Source: Spirochaetota bacterium (lineage in GTDB: Bacteria > Spirochaetota > UBA4802 > UBA5550). From it: DNA of 64,000 nt. This document shows, piece after piece, positions 38,291-49,300 of this stretch. Under the pieces are notes generated by a model. That model was not told where the DNA came from, ran no database searches, and saw only the letters and a list, made by a program, of their open reading frames with translations. The stretch's first letter is position 1. Each line of letters opens with the position of its first letter. Location of the stretch: NCBI GenBank assembly GCA_050298055.1, contig JBNKTL010000015.1:26432-90431 (forward strand), read 5' to 3'. A program made the translations under genes and the position numbers.

Positions 38291-40609
38291 TTGAATGGAG
38301 AGACTTTACATCCCGCTGTTATAAATGAAATATACTCATTTGTAACCGGTTACTATGATGACAGCAGGCTGGCTGATTATCTCCTTCATATCTTTTCAAT
38401 CGACCGCGAAAAGATCACAGAATCAAATATAAGCTACGACAGGTTCTTTACCATCCTTCATTATCTCCAGAAGATGACCGGTGATATCAATCTCTGCTAT
38501 AAAGCGGGAAAACACTATGCAGAAAACAGGCTTCTCCATGGTCTCAGGTTCTCGTTCTTTTCTTTATCGGTAGGGCATTCTTACAGAAAACTTGATAAGA
38601 TTTTGAACGAGATATTTCCCGTTTTTACATTCAGTATCGTAAAAATCGGCAGCAGAAAAATGAAACTTGCCATAAAATCATCGGGGAAACATCCTGAGCC
38701 CGATTATTTTTTTATTGAGTTTATCAGGGGGATCATTGCGGCGGTTCCGGGACAGTGGGACCTGCCCCATGCAATGGCTGAAGTGAGGTCATATTCATTC
38801 AGTGCCGGGGAGTTTCTGGACGATCTCGATATCCTCTACCAGGAGGGGGAATGCGCCATCTTTAACTACGAAAAGAAGATCGCGGATGAAGTGAAAAAGA
38901 ACATCTATTTTCCCGGGGAGAGTGATACGGAAACTCTGCAGGTCATTTCAAGCGACCTCTATACGAGGTACGCGTATATTCCAAGGGACACTCTTCTCAA
39001 GGCAGACCGGGTGGAGATAGATATCAGCTGGCACAATATCAGGTTTGCCGCCCGGGCCCTCTACTTCCTTCTTATGCTCCTGGGTGTCCCCCTTTACGGA
39101 TTTATCCATTACATGAAGCTCTCCCCCGTCCCCCTCCTTGTGAGCAACTTTTTGCTCTATGAAGTTATTATCCTTCTACTCCTCAATTCCCACAGGAAGA
39201 AGGGACTGGCAAACCTTTACAGAAAAATTGAAACAAAAATGCAGGGAGAGCTGGGACTCCTCAGGGAGGTTACCGGTGAAGCACTGGCTGATACGGGGAG
39301 CAGGGTCAGGGCCATTGAGAACCTCATGGAGATAAGCAAGTGTATTATCCACAGCGATGATATCGCCCACCTCTTTGACGATATCAGGCACCTTACCGCC
39401 AAGGCCCTTGACGCGGACAGGGCCACGGTTTTTCTCCACGACAGGGAGAACAGGGAATTGAGGTCCGGTCCCGAATACAGTGAAGAGGCGGAAGAGTTCA
39501 AGATACCGGAGGACAAGGGGATTGCCGGGGAAATATTCAGGCTGAGAAAAGTCGTAAACATTAAGGACGCCTATAACAACCCGAATTTTAACAAGTCTGT
39601 GGACAGGCAGACTGGCTACGAGACCAGAAACATGCTGGGTGCGCCCCTGATGGACATGAATGACCGGCTTGTGGGGATTATCCAGGTCCTGAACAAAAAG
39701 GGGGGGCACTTTGAAAAGATAGACGAGCAGATACTGGAATCCCTCTCCGCCTTTATTGCCGCCGCGCTGAAAAACACCATGAATATCCGAAAACTGGAAC
39801 TCCGGGGTATCGATCCCGATATTGTCACGGGACTCAGCTCAATTATCGGGCATATCTACCGGGAATACAGTGAGATCAAGGAGGTCCTCTACCAGTCGGG
39901 ACAGGAAGTTATATTGCCGGTTGCGGACAAGCTGAGAGACATTACCCGGCTCCTTGAAACCCTGGTCATTCTCTTTGATGAAGAGTATAAATCGGAGGAG
40001 ATCGATCTGACCATCGAGGACTTTGACAACAGGTTCAGGATGTTCATTGACGAACATGCCGGGGAGAGGGATATTGACTACAGCTTTGAATCAACACTTC
40101 CCCGGGAACATGAATTTACCCTTCAGATTGATGTCCTTGACAGGGCGGCGCTCTCGGTCCTTAAAAACAGCATAGAAGCAGTGGGGAAGTCGGGTACAAT
40201 TAAAGTCCGTGTTTATTACTCTGTGGAACTGCCTAACGACCTTCAGCACAAATACGCGCTGCAGGGGCTTATTACCGGTTATAACAAGTTCAGCGAAGAA
40301 AACTCTTCGGGATTTATCCAGTATGTAAAGAGCAGAAAGCCCCTCCTGGACCCGGACCTTGATGAACTGAGGGAAGCCATGAAGGAGTTTGTGGCCGTTG
40401 AAATTTTTGACGACGGTGAAAGCCTGGAGAAGAAGAACAAGGGCAGGCTCTTCCACCCCTTTTTCTCCACAAAAAACCACTTTGGCCTGGGGCTCGCGGT
40501 TTCAAAGAATGTCATACGGAGGACCGGCGGTGAAATAGAAGAGCCCCGTGAAACGGAAAACGGAAAAGTGGTGAGGATGCTGATCCCGCTGGTTTATAAT
40601 ACTGTTTAA
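38291..40609 (+). CDS. Membrane GAF-domain protein with C-terminal HATPase (atypical histidine kinase)
   Basis: 2 TM helices, GAF (GIAGE...DAYNNPNFN...TGYETRNML), KNSIEA, LFHPFFSTK..GLGL. Confidence 0.75.
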   Translation: MNGETLHPAVINEIYSFVTGYYDDSRLADYLLHIFSIDREKITESNISYDRFFTILHYLQKMTGDINLCYKAGKHYAENRLLHGLRFSFFSLSVGHSYRKLDKILNEIFPVFTFSIVKIGSRKMKLAIKSSGKHPEPDYFFIEFIRGIIAAVPGQWDLPHAMAEVRSYSFSAGEFLDDLDILYQEGECAIFNYEKKIADEVKKNIYFPGESDTETLQVISSDLYTRYAYIPRDTLLKADRVEIDISWHNIRFAARALYFLLMLLGVPLYGFIHYMKLSPVPLLVSNFLLYEVIILLLLNSHRKKGLANLYRKIETKMQGELGLLREVTGEALADTGSRVRAIENLMEISKCIIHSDDIAHLFDDIRHLTAKALDADRATVFLHDRENRELRSGPEYSEEAEEFKIPEDKGIAGEIFRLRKVVNIKDAYNNPNFNKSVDRQTGYETRNMLGAPLMDMNDRLVGIIQVLNKKGGHFEKIDEQILESLSAFIAAALKNTMNIRKLELRGIDPDIVTGLSSIIGHIYREYSEIKEVLYQSGQEVILPVADKLRDITRLLETLVILFDEEYKSEEIDLTIEDFDNRFRMFIDEHAGERDIDYSFESTLPREHEFTLQIDVLDRAALSVLKNSIEAVGKSGTIKVRVYYSVELPNDLQHKYALQGLITGYNKFSEENSSGFIQYVKSRKPLLDPDLDELREAMKEFVAVEIFDDGESLEKKNKGRLFHPFFSTKNHFGLGLAVSKNVIRRTGGEIEEPRETENGKVVRMLIPLVYNTV

Positions 40610-40618
40610 GGTTAAGTA

Positions 40619-41560
40619 ATGGAACGGGACCTCATTGAAAAGCTCTATACCCTTGACCACATCCCGGCGCTTCCCCCGGTCTGGAAGAGCGTAAACAGTA
40701 TGCTTGCCGGTGTTGATCTCAGCAACCCGGACCTTCTGGAATATGTTTCGGGCCTTATCTGTTACGATCCCTCTCTCACCCTGGAACTTCTGAAGATCGC
40801 CAATTCGGAAGTTTACGGCTTTAAGAGGAAAGTCTCCTCTGTCCTGGACGCGCTCAGGGTCATCAATAATGACCTCATCAGGCTTATTTTTATCCAGCAC
40901 CCGGTACTTCCCGATCTCAACATGTATGATGAAAGGCTGAGGGAAGAGCTGTCTCTCCTGGTCAGGCACTCCATTGAGGTGAACATCTGTGCCGATGAAC
41001 TGATGAAAGTCATGGGGGTGGAAGAAGGCGGGGAGAAAATAGTGAGAGAAGAGGTCCTTGCCGCTGCAACAATTCATGATATCGGGATCTACTTCCTGGC
41101 AGTCTATTTTCCCCGGGAGTATGTTCCCTGGATAGAAGGTGTCAGGGAAACCGGACTGCACATGAGAAAAAGGAGGAGGGAAATTCACGGGCTTCCCGAC
41201 CATTCCCTTGTTGGTTCAGTGCTGTCTGATACCTGGAACCTGCCCCTTTCAATAGTCAGGTCAATAGCCCTCCACCACTCTCCCTGGGCAGGGTATGAAA
41301 AGTGGGGCCGGGAAACAGACATCCTCTATCTTGCCGACTGCTTCTCCCCCCACTATTACCGGCTCTACTATGGCGAAGATGTTTATACGGTCTATGAGCA
41401 TATCGCCATGAAAAACAAGATCACCGATACCATGGAGAGGCTTAAAATCGATTATAAAGACACCCCGGGGATCATCAACCGGGTAAGTGAGAGGTCCGCA
41501 ATTGTTTTCAGTGAACTGGGCCTGGGGGCCGGAGTCGTTACTAATTCTCCTGCCTCATGA
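40619..41560 (+). CDS. HDOD-domain protein
   Basis: IPALP, DPSLTLELLKIANS, IHDIG, DHSLVGSVLSDTWNLP...HH. Confidence 0.88.
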   Translation: MERDLIEKLYTLDHIPALPPVWKSVNSMLAGVDLSNPDLLEYVSGLICYDPSLTLELLKIANSEVYGFKRKVSSVLDALRVINNDLIRLIFIQHPVLPDLNMYDERLREELSLLVRHSIEVNICADELMKVMGVEEGGEKIVREEVLAAATIHDIGIYFLAVYFPREYVPWIEGVRETGLHMRKRRREIHGLPDHSLVGSVLSDTWNLPLSIVRSIALHHSPWAGYEKWGRETDILYLADCFSPHYYRLYYGEDVYTVYEHIAMKNKITDTMERLKIDYKDTPGIINRVSERSAIVFSELGLGAGVVTNSPAS

Positions 41561-42905
41561 ATATTGTGTACTCAATATCCGAAACGGAAACCAGGAGGAG
41601 AACAAGTCCCGTGGCGAATGAGAGGCCCACGGAGAGGAGATAGCCCGTGCCCATGGGTACAACCGGGTAGAAGACGAAGAGGAGATTAAACGCGGCATTG
41701 AGAACGAAAAACATGAATACCAGGTAAAAACTGAACCGGCTCAGGTCAAAGTACATGAGAAAGATAATAATATAGAGGAACATTACCTGGGCCCCTGCGG
41801 CGAAGAAGAGGACTCTCAGAACAATGATCGATTGGGGAAGGAGCCCGAACCATGCTCCGATAAAGGGAGCAAGGACAAATGCCGCCAGTGAACTGGTAAA
41901 CTGTATCATGAAGAGCCTGAAGATACTCTCTTTCAGTATCCTGATCAGGTTCTTCTTATATTCCAGGATGTTCCCCAGGGGCTCTTCCGTTATTGAGTCG
42001 AAGAACTTCCTGTGGGCAAGGTAAAACCTTGTCTCGGATTGAATAAGAAAATACGCCAGTGAAGGGATGATGATCAGGTAGGCGAGGAATACCGGCGTAT
42101 CATAGAGATTGTATCCCTTGAAGTTCCCGAAGATCTTCTCCCCGTGAAAGTACCACCCCAGAAGCTTGTCGGTCCAGAGCCCCAGGTTGTAAAAGAGCCC
42201 CGTGAAGAGTATGTAGGGGAAACGGAATATATACTTAAATAAGTCCCTGTTGAAAAAACCGTGAAAGGGGAACTCCCTGATAATAAAGTAGAGGAGCGAA
42301 AGAAGAATGATCATCTGTCCCGCTGTGTACCCCGCAAGGGAACCGGTCATCCCGAAAAAGCGGCCCATGACCGGCGCCAGGACCAGGGCCAGCCCGCTTC
42401 CGATAAAGAACGAGGCGATGATCCCCGTATAGTTCTTCGAACAACTCAGGAAATCCATCAGGGTCCAGATTGAACAGATGGTCACAAAGAGAAGAACGCT
42501 TATCCCCCTGAAGAGAAGACTCCCCGCTCCGTAGAATATATACCAGGGGAGTGAGACCGAGAGCGCTATTGTTGTGCTTAACATGAGCCCCGAAAAAAGC
42601 CCGGAGAGCATCTTCTCCTTTTTCTTGAGGTACTCCATATCAGCCAGGTAGCGGGTGAGGATGAACTGCACCGGTCCCGTTAAAATAAGCGAGAAGGCAA
42701 AGGTATAGACAATGGTAATGCTAATGGATGAGAACTTCTCTCCGGGAGTAAAGATCCCGCTGAGGACCCCGATAAGCCCCAGGCAGATTATTGAGAGTAT
42801 CCACGGTCCCGATGTTATGATGGACGCGAAGATGTACGCCTTTGCCTTCTGGAGGAAAGACTCATCCTCGATAAGTTTTTGCAGCTGGAACCCTATCCCC
42901 GCCAT
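41541..42905 (-). CDS. pelG: Exopolysaccharide Pel transporter PelG
   Basis: MAGIGFQLQKL, SGPW, TRYLAD, WTDK, YDTPVFLAY, ETRFY. Confidence 0.9.
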   Translation of the reverse strand: MAGIGFQLQKLIEDESFLQKAKAYIFASIITSGPWILSIICLGLIGVLSGIFTPGEKFSSISITIVYTFAFSLILTGPVQFILTRYLADMEYLKKKEKMLSGLFSGLMLSTTIALSVSLPWYIFYGAGSLLFRGISVLLFVTICSIWTLMDFLSCSKNYTGIIASFFIGSGLALVLAPVMGRFFGMTGSLAGYTAGQMIILLSLLYFIIREFPFHGFFNRDLFKYIFRFPYILFTGLFYNLGLWTDKLLGWYFHGEKIFGNFKGYNLYDTPVFLAYLIIIPSLAYFLIQSETRFYLAHRKFFDSITEEPLGNILEYKKNLIRILKESIFRLFMIQFTSSLAAFVLAPFIGAWFGLLPQSIIVLRVLFFAAGAQVMFLYIIIFLMYFDLSRFSFYLVFMFFVLNAAFNLLFVFYPVVPMGTGYLLSVGLSFATGLVLLLVSVSDIEYTIFMRQEN

Positions 42906-44343
42906 CTCTCTCCGCCGGTAAATCCTGAAATTTTTCCCATGAACTGAATTTTAAATAGATGTCCCTGTAGCTTTTGATGACGTCCTTTACGTCATAGTTG
43001 AGCTTCACCATCCTTTTCCCTTTCTCTGTGAGTTCGTGCCTCAGATTTTCATTTTTACAGAGCCTGATGATTGCCTCCGCGGTCTCTTCGGGCTCACCCG
43101 GTGTTGTAATAAATCCAAGGTCTTCAAGCATTTCCCTGCAGCACCCCACGTCGGTGGCGATTGTGGGCATTCCCACGCACATCCCCTCAAGGAGAACAAG
43201 GGGCTGGGCCTCCCGCACGCTGGTGAGGACCAGTATGTCAATCTTTGGATACATATCCGTCATTTTCACTCTCCCCGTGAAGATGATTTTCTCCTCCAGG
43301 TTGTTCTCCTTCACCAGCTCAACACATTCCTCGTAGTATTCCGGGTCTTCGTCCTGGGGGCCGATTATGTAGAACTCCGCGTTCTCTACCTCTTTCGCCG
43401 CGATCCCCGCCGCCCGGATGAAGGTCTTGACGTCCTTGATAGGCACCACCCTCACAACAGTCCCCACCCTGATTTTCCCCGGGGAGGGTATTTTTTTCAG
43501 GGATGAGTAGAGGTCGATATCAACACCGTTGGGGATTATTTCCGATTTGTCCACGTCCGCGTTGTTTGAGACTTCAATGAAGAGGTTCCCCCTGTAGAGT
43601 GTGATAATCTTGTCGGCGAATGAGTAGGAGATCCGGCAGAGGCTGTGATAGAAGTTTATCCAGAGCTGCTTCTGGTCTTCGTCGATGAGATTGGAGTTTT
43701 TCAGTTCATCCTCTCTCTCCATTGCGTAGATCCCGTGTTCCGTAAGGACAAAGGGTATGTTGTATTTTATCTTTGCAATGGCTGCCATGATCCCGGCAAA
43801 TCCCGTGCTTACGGCATGGTACATGTCCGCTCTGGGCAGGTCAAAGCTTATGGTCCTGAGAAGGGGGAGATGTGTTGATTTCCAGGTCCAGAAGTATTTC
43901 ATGAAACCCGAACTGCTCCCTGTCTCCAGGTAGAGCTTGAAAAGGCTGTCGATGGCGTCTTTCGATTTTGTGAGGTCATCCAGGATAAAGGGATTTGTCC
44001 TGTTGTCATGAAGCATTTCCGCGATGTTTTTAAAAAAGCCGTAATTTTTCAGCTTCATGGAGTAGTGGAATTCTTTCAGTTCACCGAAGAGCTCCTTCAT
44101 TTCCTGTCCGGAACCCCCTTTTTTATGCCCGAAGTAGTCGATATCCAGCCATATTTCGATCACTTCCCGGACATTAGGGGGAAGATCGTACTTGTAGTCC
44201 TTGCCCCTGTAGGATGAGGGAAGGATCACCAGGAGCGTAAAGTCAACATCCCTGATCTCTTCAATCAGCTGGTGGCACCATGCTGATACTCCCCCTGTGA
44301 TATAAGGATACGCTCCTTCAACGACCATGCAGACATGCGGCAT
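42862..44343 (-). CDS. pelF: GT4 glycosyltransferase PelF
   Basis: EGAYPYITGGVSAW, YHAVSTGFAG, LTEHGIYAMER, RVVPIKDVKTFI, EAQPLVLLE; start MPHVC at 44343. Confidence 0.9.
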   Translation of the reverse strand: MPHVCMVVEGAYPYITGGVSAWCHQLIEEIRDVDFTLLVILPSSYRGKDYKYDLPPNVREVIEIWLDIDYFGHKKGGSGQEMKELFGELKEFHYSMKLKNYGFFKNIAEMLHDNRTNPFILDDLTKSKDAIDSLFKLYLETGSSSGFMKYFWTWKSTHLPLLRTISFDLPRADMYHAVSTGFAGIMAAIAKIKYNIPFVLTEHGIYAMEREDELKNSNLIDEDQKQLWINFYHSLCRISYSFADKIITLYRGNLFIEVSNNADVDKSEIIPNGVDIDLYSSLKKIPSPGKIRVGTVVRVVPIKDVKTFIRAAGIAAKEVENAEFYIIGPQDEDPEYYEECVELVKENNLEEKIIFTGRVKMTDMYPKIDILVLTSVREAQPLVLLEGMCVGMPTIATDVGCCREMLEDLGFITTPGEPEETAEAIIRLCKNENLRHELTEKGKRMVKLNYDVKDVIKSYRDIYLKFSSWEKFQDLPAERDGGDRVPAAKTYRG

Positions 44344-44524
44344 ATGGATACCCGTATAAAATAAGTATTCTTTCGGATAAGTGTATAATGATAACTGGTG
44401 CATATCAAGTGATTTTTATGCCGGACCAAAAGTTGATCTCTCTCTGTCCGAAATTATCTTGACTTTAAGGTATTTTTATCAAAATTTTACGTAAATATCA
44501 AATTAAAGTTAGCGGGGTTAATCT

Positions 44525-46354
44525 ATGTGTGGGATAATCGGTTATATCGGCGATAAAAACGCCAGTGAAGTTATTATTAATGGGTTAAAACGTCTTGAGT
44601 ACAGGGGATATGATTCCGCGGGAATTGCTCTCGTTGACGGCGGCCTGTTTGTGGGGAAGAAGAAGGGAAAAATATCCGACCTTGAATCTATACTCGACTA
44701 TGAAAAAATAAAGGGATTTAAGACCGGTATAGGGCATACACGATGGGCCACACATGGTGAGCCCACTGACAGGAACGCGCACCCCCATACATGCTGTAAT
44801 GGGAGAATATCAATCGTCCATAACGGTATCATAGAAAACTATGCCGTAATAAGGAAGATGCTCATCGAGAAGGGTCATACCCTGAAGAGTGATACGGACA
44901 CCGAGGTCATTGTTCACCTTATTGAATACTTCTACCAGAAAAGTTCTCTCCTGGACGCGGTGCTTGCCGCACTGAAGCAGCTTGAAGGCACATACGGTCT
45001 CCTGGTTGTTTCCAAAGATGAACCGGGCAGGATCATTGCCGCACGGAACGGGAGCCCCCTCATTCTCGGAGTGGGTAATGATGAGATGATCGTTGCCTCG
45101 GACGCCAGTGCCGTTGTGGAGTATACCCGGGAGGTCATCTACCTGGAGGATGATGAAATTGTGGAGATTACCCAGAACCAGTTCAAGACCTATGATATCC
45201 ACAAGCAGAAGATCCCCAAGAGCATTGAGAGTATTGAGTGGGACATCGGCGATATTGAGAAAGCGGGATATGACCATTTTATGCTGAAAGAGATCTTTGA
45301 GCAGACGGACACCATTCACAACGCTTTCAGGGGAAGGCTTCTCTGGGACGCGGGGACTTCAAAGCTGGACGGCCTTCAGCTTACGGAAAAGGAGTTTAAC
45401 AATATATCCAGGATAACCTTTATCGCGTGCGGGACGTCGTGGCACGCGGGAATGATCGGCCAGTACCTTGTGGAAGAGTACGCGCGGATTCCCGCAAAGA
45501 TAGAGTACGCGTCGGAGTTCAGGTACAGGAAACCGATTTTCATGGATGGTGAGATCGTTTTCGTCATAAGCCAGTCAGGGGAGACAGCGGATACACTGGC
45601 AGCGCTTCGTGAGGCAAAGTCCAAAGGGGTAAAAGTCCTGGGAATTACAAACACCGTGGGAAGCACCATTGCCAGGGAAACAGACGGGGGTGTCTACATC
45701 CACGCGGGACCGGAGATCGGGGTTGCTTCAACCAAGGCCTTTACTTCGCAGGTGTCGGTCCTTATCCTGCTGACAATTCTTCTCTCCCGGAGAAGGGACA
45801 TGACCCATGAAGAAGGGAATATTTACCTCGATTATCTCTCACAGGTTCCGGATATGGTGAAAACTATCCTGCAAAGCAGTGATTATATCAGCGAGATCGC
45901 GGAGATCTACAAGGACAAGAAGAACTTTCTCTATCTTGGCAGGGGGATCCACTTTCCCGTTGCCCTTGAAGGGGCCCTTAAATTAAAAGAGATCTCATAT
46001 ATCCACGCGGAAGGCTACCCCGCCGCGGAGATGAAACATGGCCCCATTGCCCTGATTGACGAGGACATGCCTGTTGTTTTCATTGCCACAAAGGATGAGA
46101 TCTACAGTAAGGTGATAAGCAACATGGAGGAGGTGAAGGCCAGGAAGGGAAAGATCATTACAATCGCCAATGAGGGGGACGAGGAAATTAAAAAGTATTC
46201 GGACCATGTGATCTATGTTCCCGGTATAAGAAAGATGCTTTCGCCTCTGCTTTCGGTTGTTCCCCTGCAGCTTCTGGCCTATCACATCGCAGTTAAGAGG
46301 GGGTGTGATGTTGACCAGCCGAGAAACCTTGCCAAGAGCGTGACGGTTGAATAG
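44525..46354 (+). CDS. glmS: Glutamine-fructose-6-phosphate aminotransferase
   Basis: MCGIIG, LEYRGYDSAG, GHTRWATHG, PRNLAKSVTVE. Confidence 0.98.
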   Translation: MCGIIGYIGDKNASEVIINGLKRLEYRGYDSAGIALVDGGLFVGKKKGKISDLESILDYEKIKGFKTGIGHTRWATHGEPTDRNAHPHTCCNGRISIVHNGIIENYAVIRKMLIEKGHTLKSDTDTEVIVHLIEYFYQKSSLLDAVLAALKQLEGTYGLLVVSKDEPGRIIAARNGSPLILGVGNDEMIVASDASAVVEYTREVIYLEDDEIVEITQNQFKTYDIHKQKIPKSIESIEWDIGDIEKAGYDHFMLKEIFEQTDTIHNAFRGRLLWDAGTSKLDGLQLTEKEFNNISRITFIACGTSWHAGMIGQYLVEEYARIPAKIEYASEFRYRKPIFMDGEIVFVISQSGETADTLAALREAKSKGVKVLGITNTVGSTIARETDGGVYIHAGPEIGVASTKAFTSQVSVLILLTILLSRRRDMTHEEGNIYLDYLSQVPDMVKTILQSSDYISEIAEIYKDKKNFLYLGRGIHFPVALEGALKLKEISYIHAEGYPAAEMKHGPIALIDEDMPVVFIATKDEIYSKVISNMEEVKARKGKIITIANEGDEEIKKYSDHVIYVPGIRKMLSPLLSVVPLQLLAYHIAVKRGCDVDQPRNLAKSVTVE

Positions 46355-46377
46355 GTTAAAATAATGGAGACAATTTC

Positions 46378-49300
46378 ATGAGGAAGAAACTTGTTGTTTT
46401 AATAACATGTGCTGTTTGGGTGATCCTGAATAGTGAGAAGATTTCAGGAGCATCCGGTTTTGAGTTAGTTGTACAGAACGGTCATTCCGGAGGGATTAAA
46501 TCTCTGGCCTATTCAAGAGACGGCAAATTTATTGCTACGGGATCTGCGGACCACAGGATTTTTATCTGGAGCAGTAAGACCGGGAGCCTTATCAGGCGTC
46601 TGTCCGGTCATAAAAATTACGTCACCAGTGTGGACTTTTCTCCCCGGGGCTCTCTGCTTGCAAGCGGATCAATGGATGGTAAAATAATTTTATGGAGTCC
46701 TGACTCTGATGTTCCGGTCAAAACGATTAATACCGGGTTCGGAGCAACAGGAAAGGTGCTCTTCTCCCCTGACGGGAAGTACCTTGCATACGGGAAAAAG
46801 GAGATTTCTCTTCTCGAGAGTAAATCCGGAAAGAAAAAAATGACCATTCAGAACCCGCATCCAGGTTTTATACGGGTGGGGGCTTTTTCTCCCCATGGGA
46901 GATATCTTGCCGCTCTCACAGGAAAAAACAGGATTGATATATTTGATATTGAAAATCAAAAAGAGGTAAAATCACTTTCCGGTCACACAGGCCTGGTCCA
47001 GGCGGTAGCCTGGTCCCCTGACGGAAAAATGCTGGCCAGCGGTTCTCTGGACGGGACTGTGAGAATATGGGACATTAACAGCGGAAGAGGGCGAAAAATT
47101 AATCCGGGGAATGTCTTTGCCCTGGGGTTTTCCCCTGACGGAAAAAAAATTGCCGCGGGTGTCAGCAAAAACTACAGGTACAGCCTCATAGTGATATCGG
47201 CATTAACGGGCCGTATCCTCTACACCAGGGATACGGGAGGAGACCTGGTTACCTCTCTCTCCTTTTCTCCCCATGGGAAACAGATCGCCTCGGGAAGTTC
47301 CGAAAAAAAACTCACGTTGTGGGACAGCGGCAGCGGGCATATCCTGAAAACAATGTCCGGAAGGGCAGACACTGTCTATAATGTGGAATTTACACGGCAG
47401 GGGCGGTACTTCCTGAGCAGCAGCTGGAACAGGATCAGTATCTGGGACAGGGAAACAGCCTGTGAGACAGGTTCTCTTTCGGGTCATCCCAACTTTGGAG
47501 TGGGCTGGTTCGCCCTTTCGGGGAAAGGGGATCTTTTACTCAGCGGAGGCAGGGACAAGATTCTGAGTATTTACGAGGTCCCTTCGGGTAAAGCCCTGAA
47601 GAGAATTAAAATAAATAAAATAATTGCGGGTATATCGGCTTCTCCGGATGGAAGAAATGCCGCGGTCATTCTTGAAGACGGTATGGTTCAGATCTATTCC
47701 CTCCCGGGTGGCAGGAGAGTAAAATTAATAAAGACCGGGATGCCAGCATCCACGGGAGAGGGCTTCAGGCTGGCATTCTCTCCTTTGAAAAGTCTTTTTG
47801 CCGTAGCAACGTCGTATGAACCGGTAAGGATTTTTAACTACCGGTCCGGGAAAATGATCGGTGAATTGAAGACGCCTGATATGGGCACCTGGATAACAAA
47901 GAAATCACGGTTCGGATTAAGCAGGACCATGGAGAGACCTGCCGGTTACAGGGGGCTTTCCCCCGGGGCGGAAAAAATTGTCTTTTCTCCTGACGGGAAG
48001 TATCTTGCCGCGGGGTCCAATGACATGACTGTTAAACTCTGGGATGTTTCAAGCGGGAAACTTGTTCGCGTGATGAGGGGGCACAGGAAAACCGTATCGG
48101 CCCTGGCTTATTCCCCCGCCGGAGACATGATTGCCAGTTCAACATATAACGGCAGAATATTTCTCTGGGACCCCGGATCGGGAAAGCTGCAGGGGAAATT
48201 GAAAGGGCACTCCAGCATGGTCAGAAACCTCTCATTCTCACCGGACGGAAATGCGATAATAAGCGGTTCCAATGACGGAACGGTAAAATACTGGAACAGG
48301 GAGAGTGAAAATGAAGTCTGTACCTTTGCTTCTTTCGGCTCTGGCCGTGACTGGATCGTCTATACGGGGGACGGATATTTTGACTCGTCCCGGAAGGGAG
48401 GTAAATACCTCGGTATCCGGAAAGGCAGGGAAGTTTTCAGTATTGATCAGTTTGCCCTGCAGAGAAATCGTCCGGATATTATTCTCCAGAGGATGGGTAC
48501 GGGGAAAAATGAGATAAGAGAGCATCTCAAACACCGGTATATGCGAAGACTTAAAAGGGCCGGTTTCTCCTCCGGCGCTTCCGGGGAGCTTCACGTCCCC
48601 GGGGCAAAGATTATTTCCGGCAGGAGGGAAGGGAAATTTTTCCACATAAAGTTTTCCCTGGAGGACAGTAAATACGATCTGAAAAGCTACAATGTCTTTG
48701 TAAACAATGTTCCCCTGTTCGGTGCCCGGGGAAAATCTCTGGATGATGACAGTGTAACAGTAAATGAGAAAATTGAGCTTACTCACGGAACAAACAAGAT
48801 TGAGATAAGCTGTATTAATGAAAAGGGTGCCGAGTCCTACAGGGCCATGACCATATCTGAATATGCGGTTAAATCTCCGGGGGATCTCTACTTCCTGGGG
48901 TTCGGAGTGTCAGAGTACAGGAACACTGCCCTTAATCTGAAATATGCCCATAAAGATTCTCTCGATTTAAAAAAGATCTTTGAAAGGATGGCAGGAGGGC
49001 GAAGCTACGGGAAGGTGTATACCAGGGTCTTCACAAATGAACAGGTAACACCGGAGGCAATAAGAAACGCAGGGAGTTTTATTAAAAACGCAAAGCCTGA
49101 TGACACATTCATCCTCTTTATCGCGGGGCATGGTCTCCATGATACCGATCCCGCGGCCACCTATTACTATCTGACTTTTAATGCCGATATTAGTAATCTT
49201 GCGGGAACATGTGCCAGTTTCGAAGAGATTGAAGGTTTGCTCCAGGGCATCGCTCCCCGGAAGAAGCTCTTCCTTATGGACACCTGTGAATCGGGTGAAG

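Noticed and set aside
38291..40609. GAF protein as PelD
   Set aside because: The C-terminus is an HATPase, not a degenerate GGDEF, and it lies on the opposite strand to pelFG.
44344..44524. glmS ribozyme
   Set aside because: Short AT-rich divergent promoter region with no recognisable ribozyme core.
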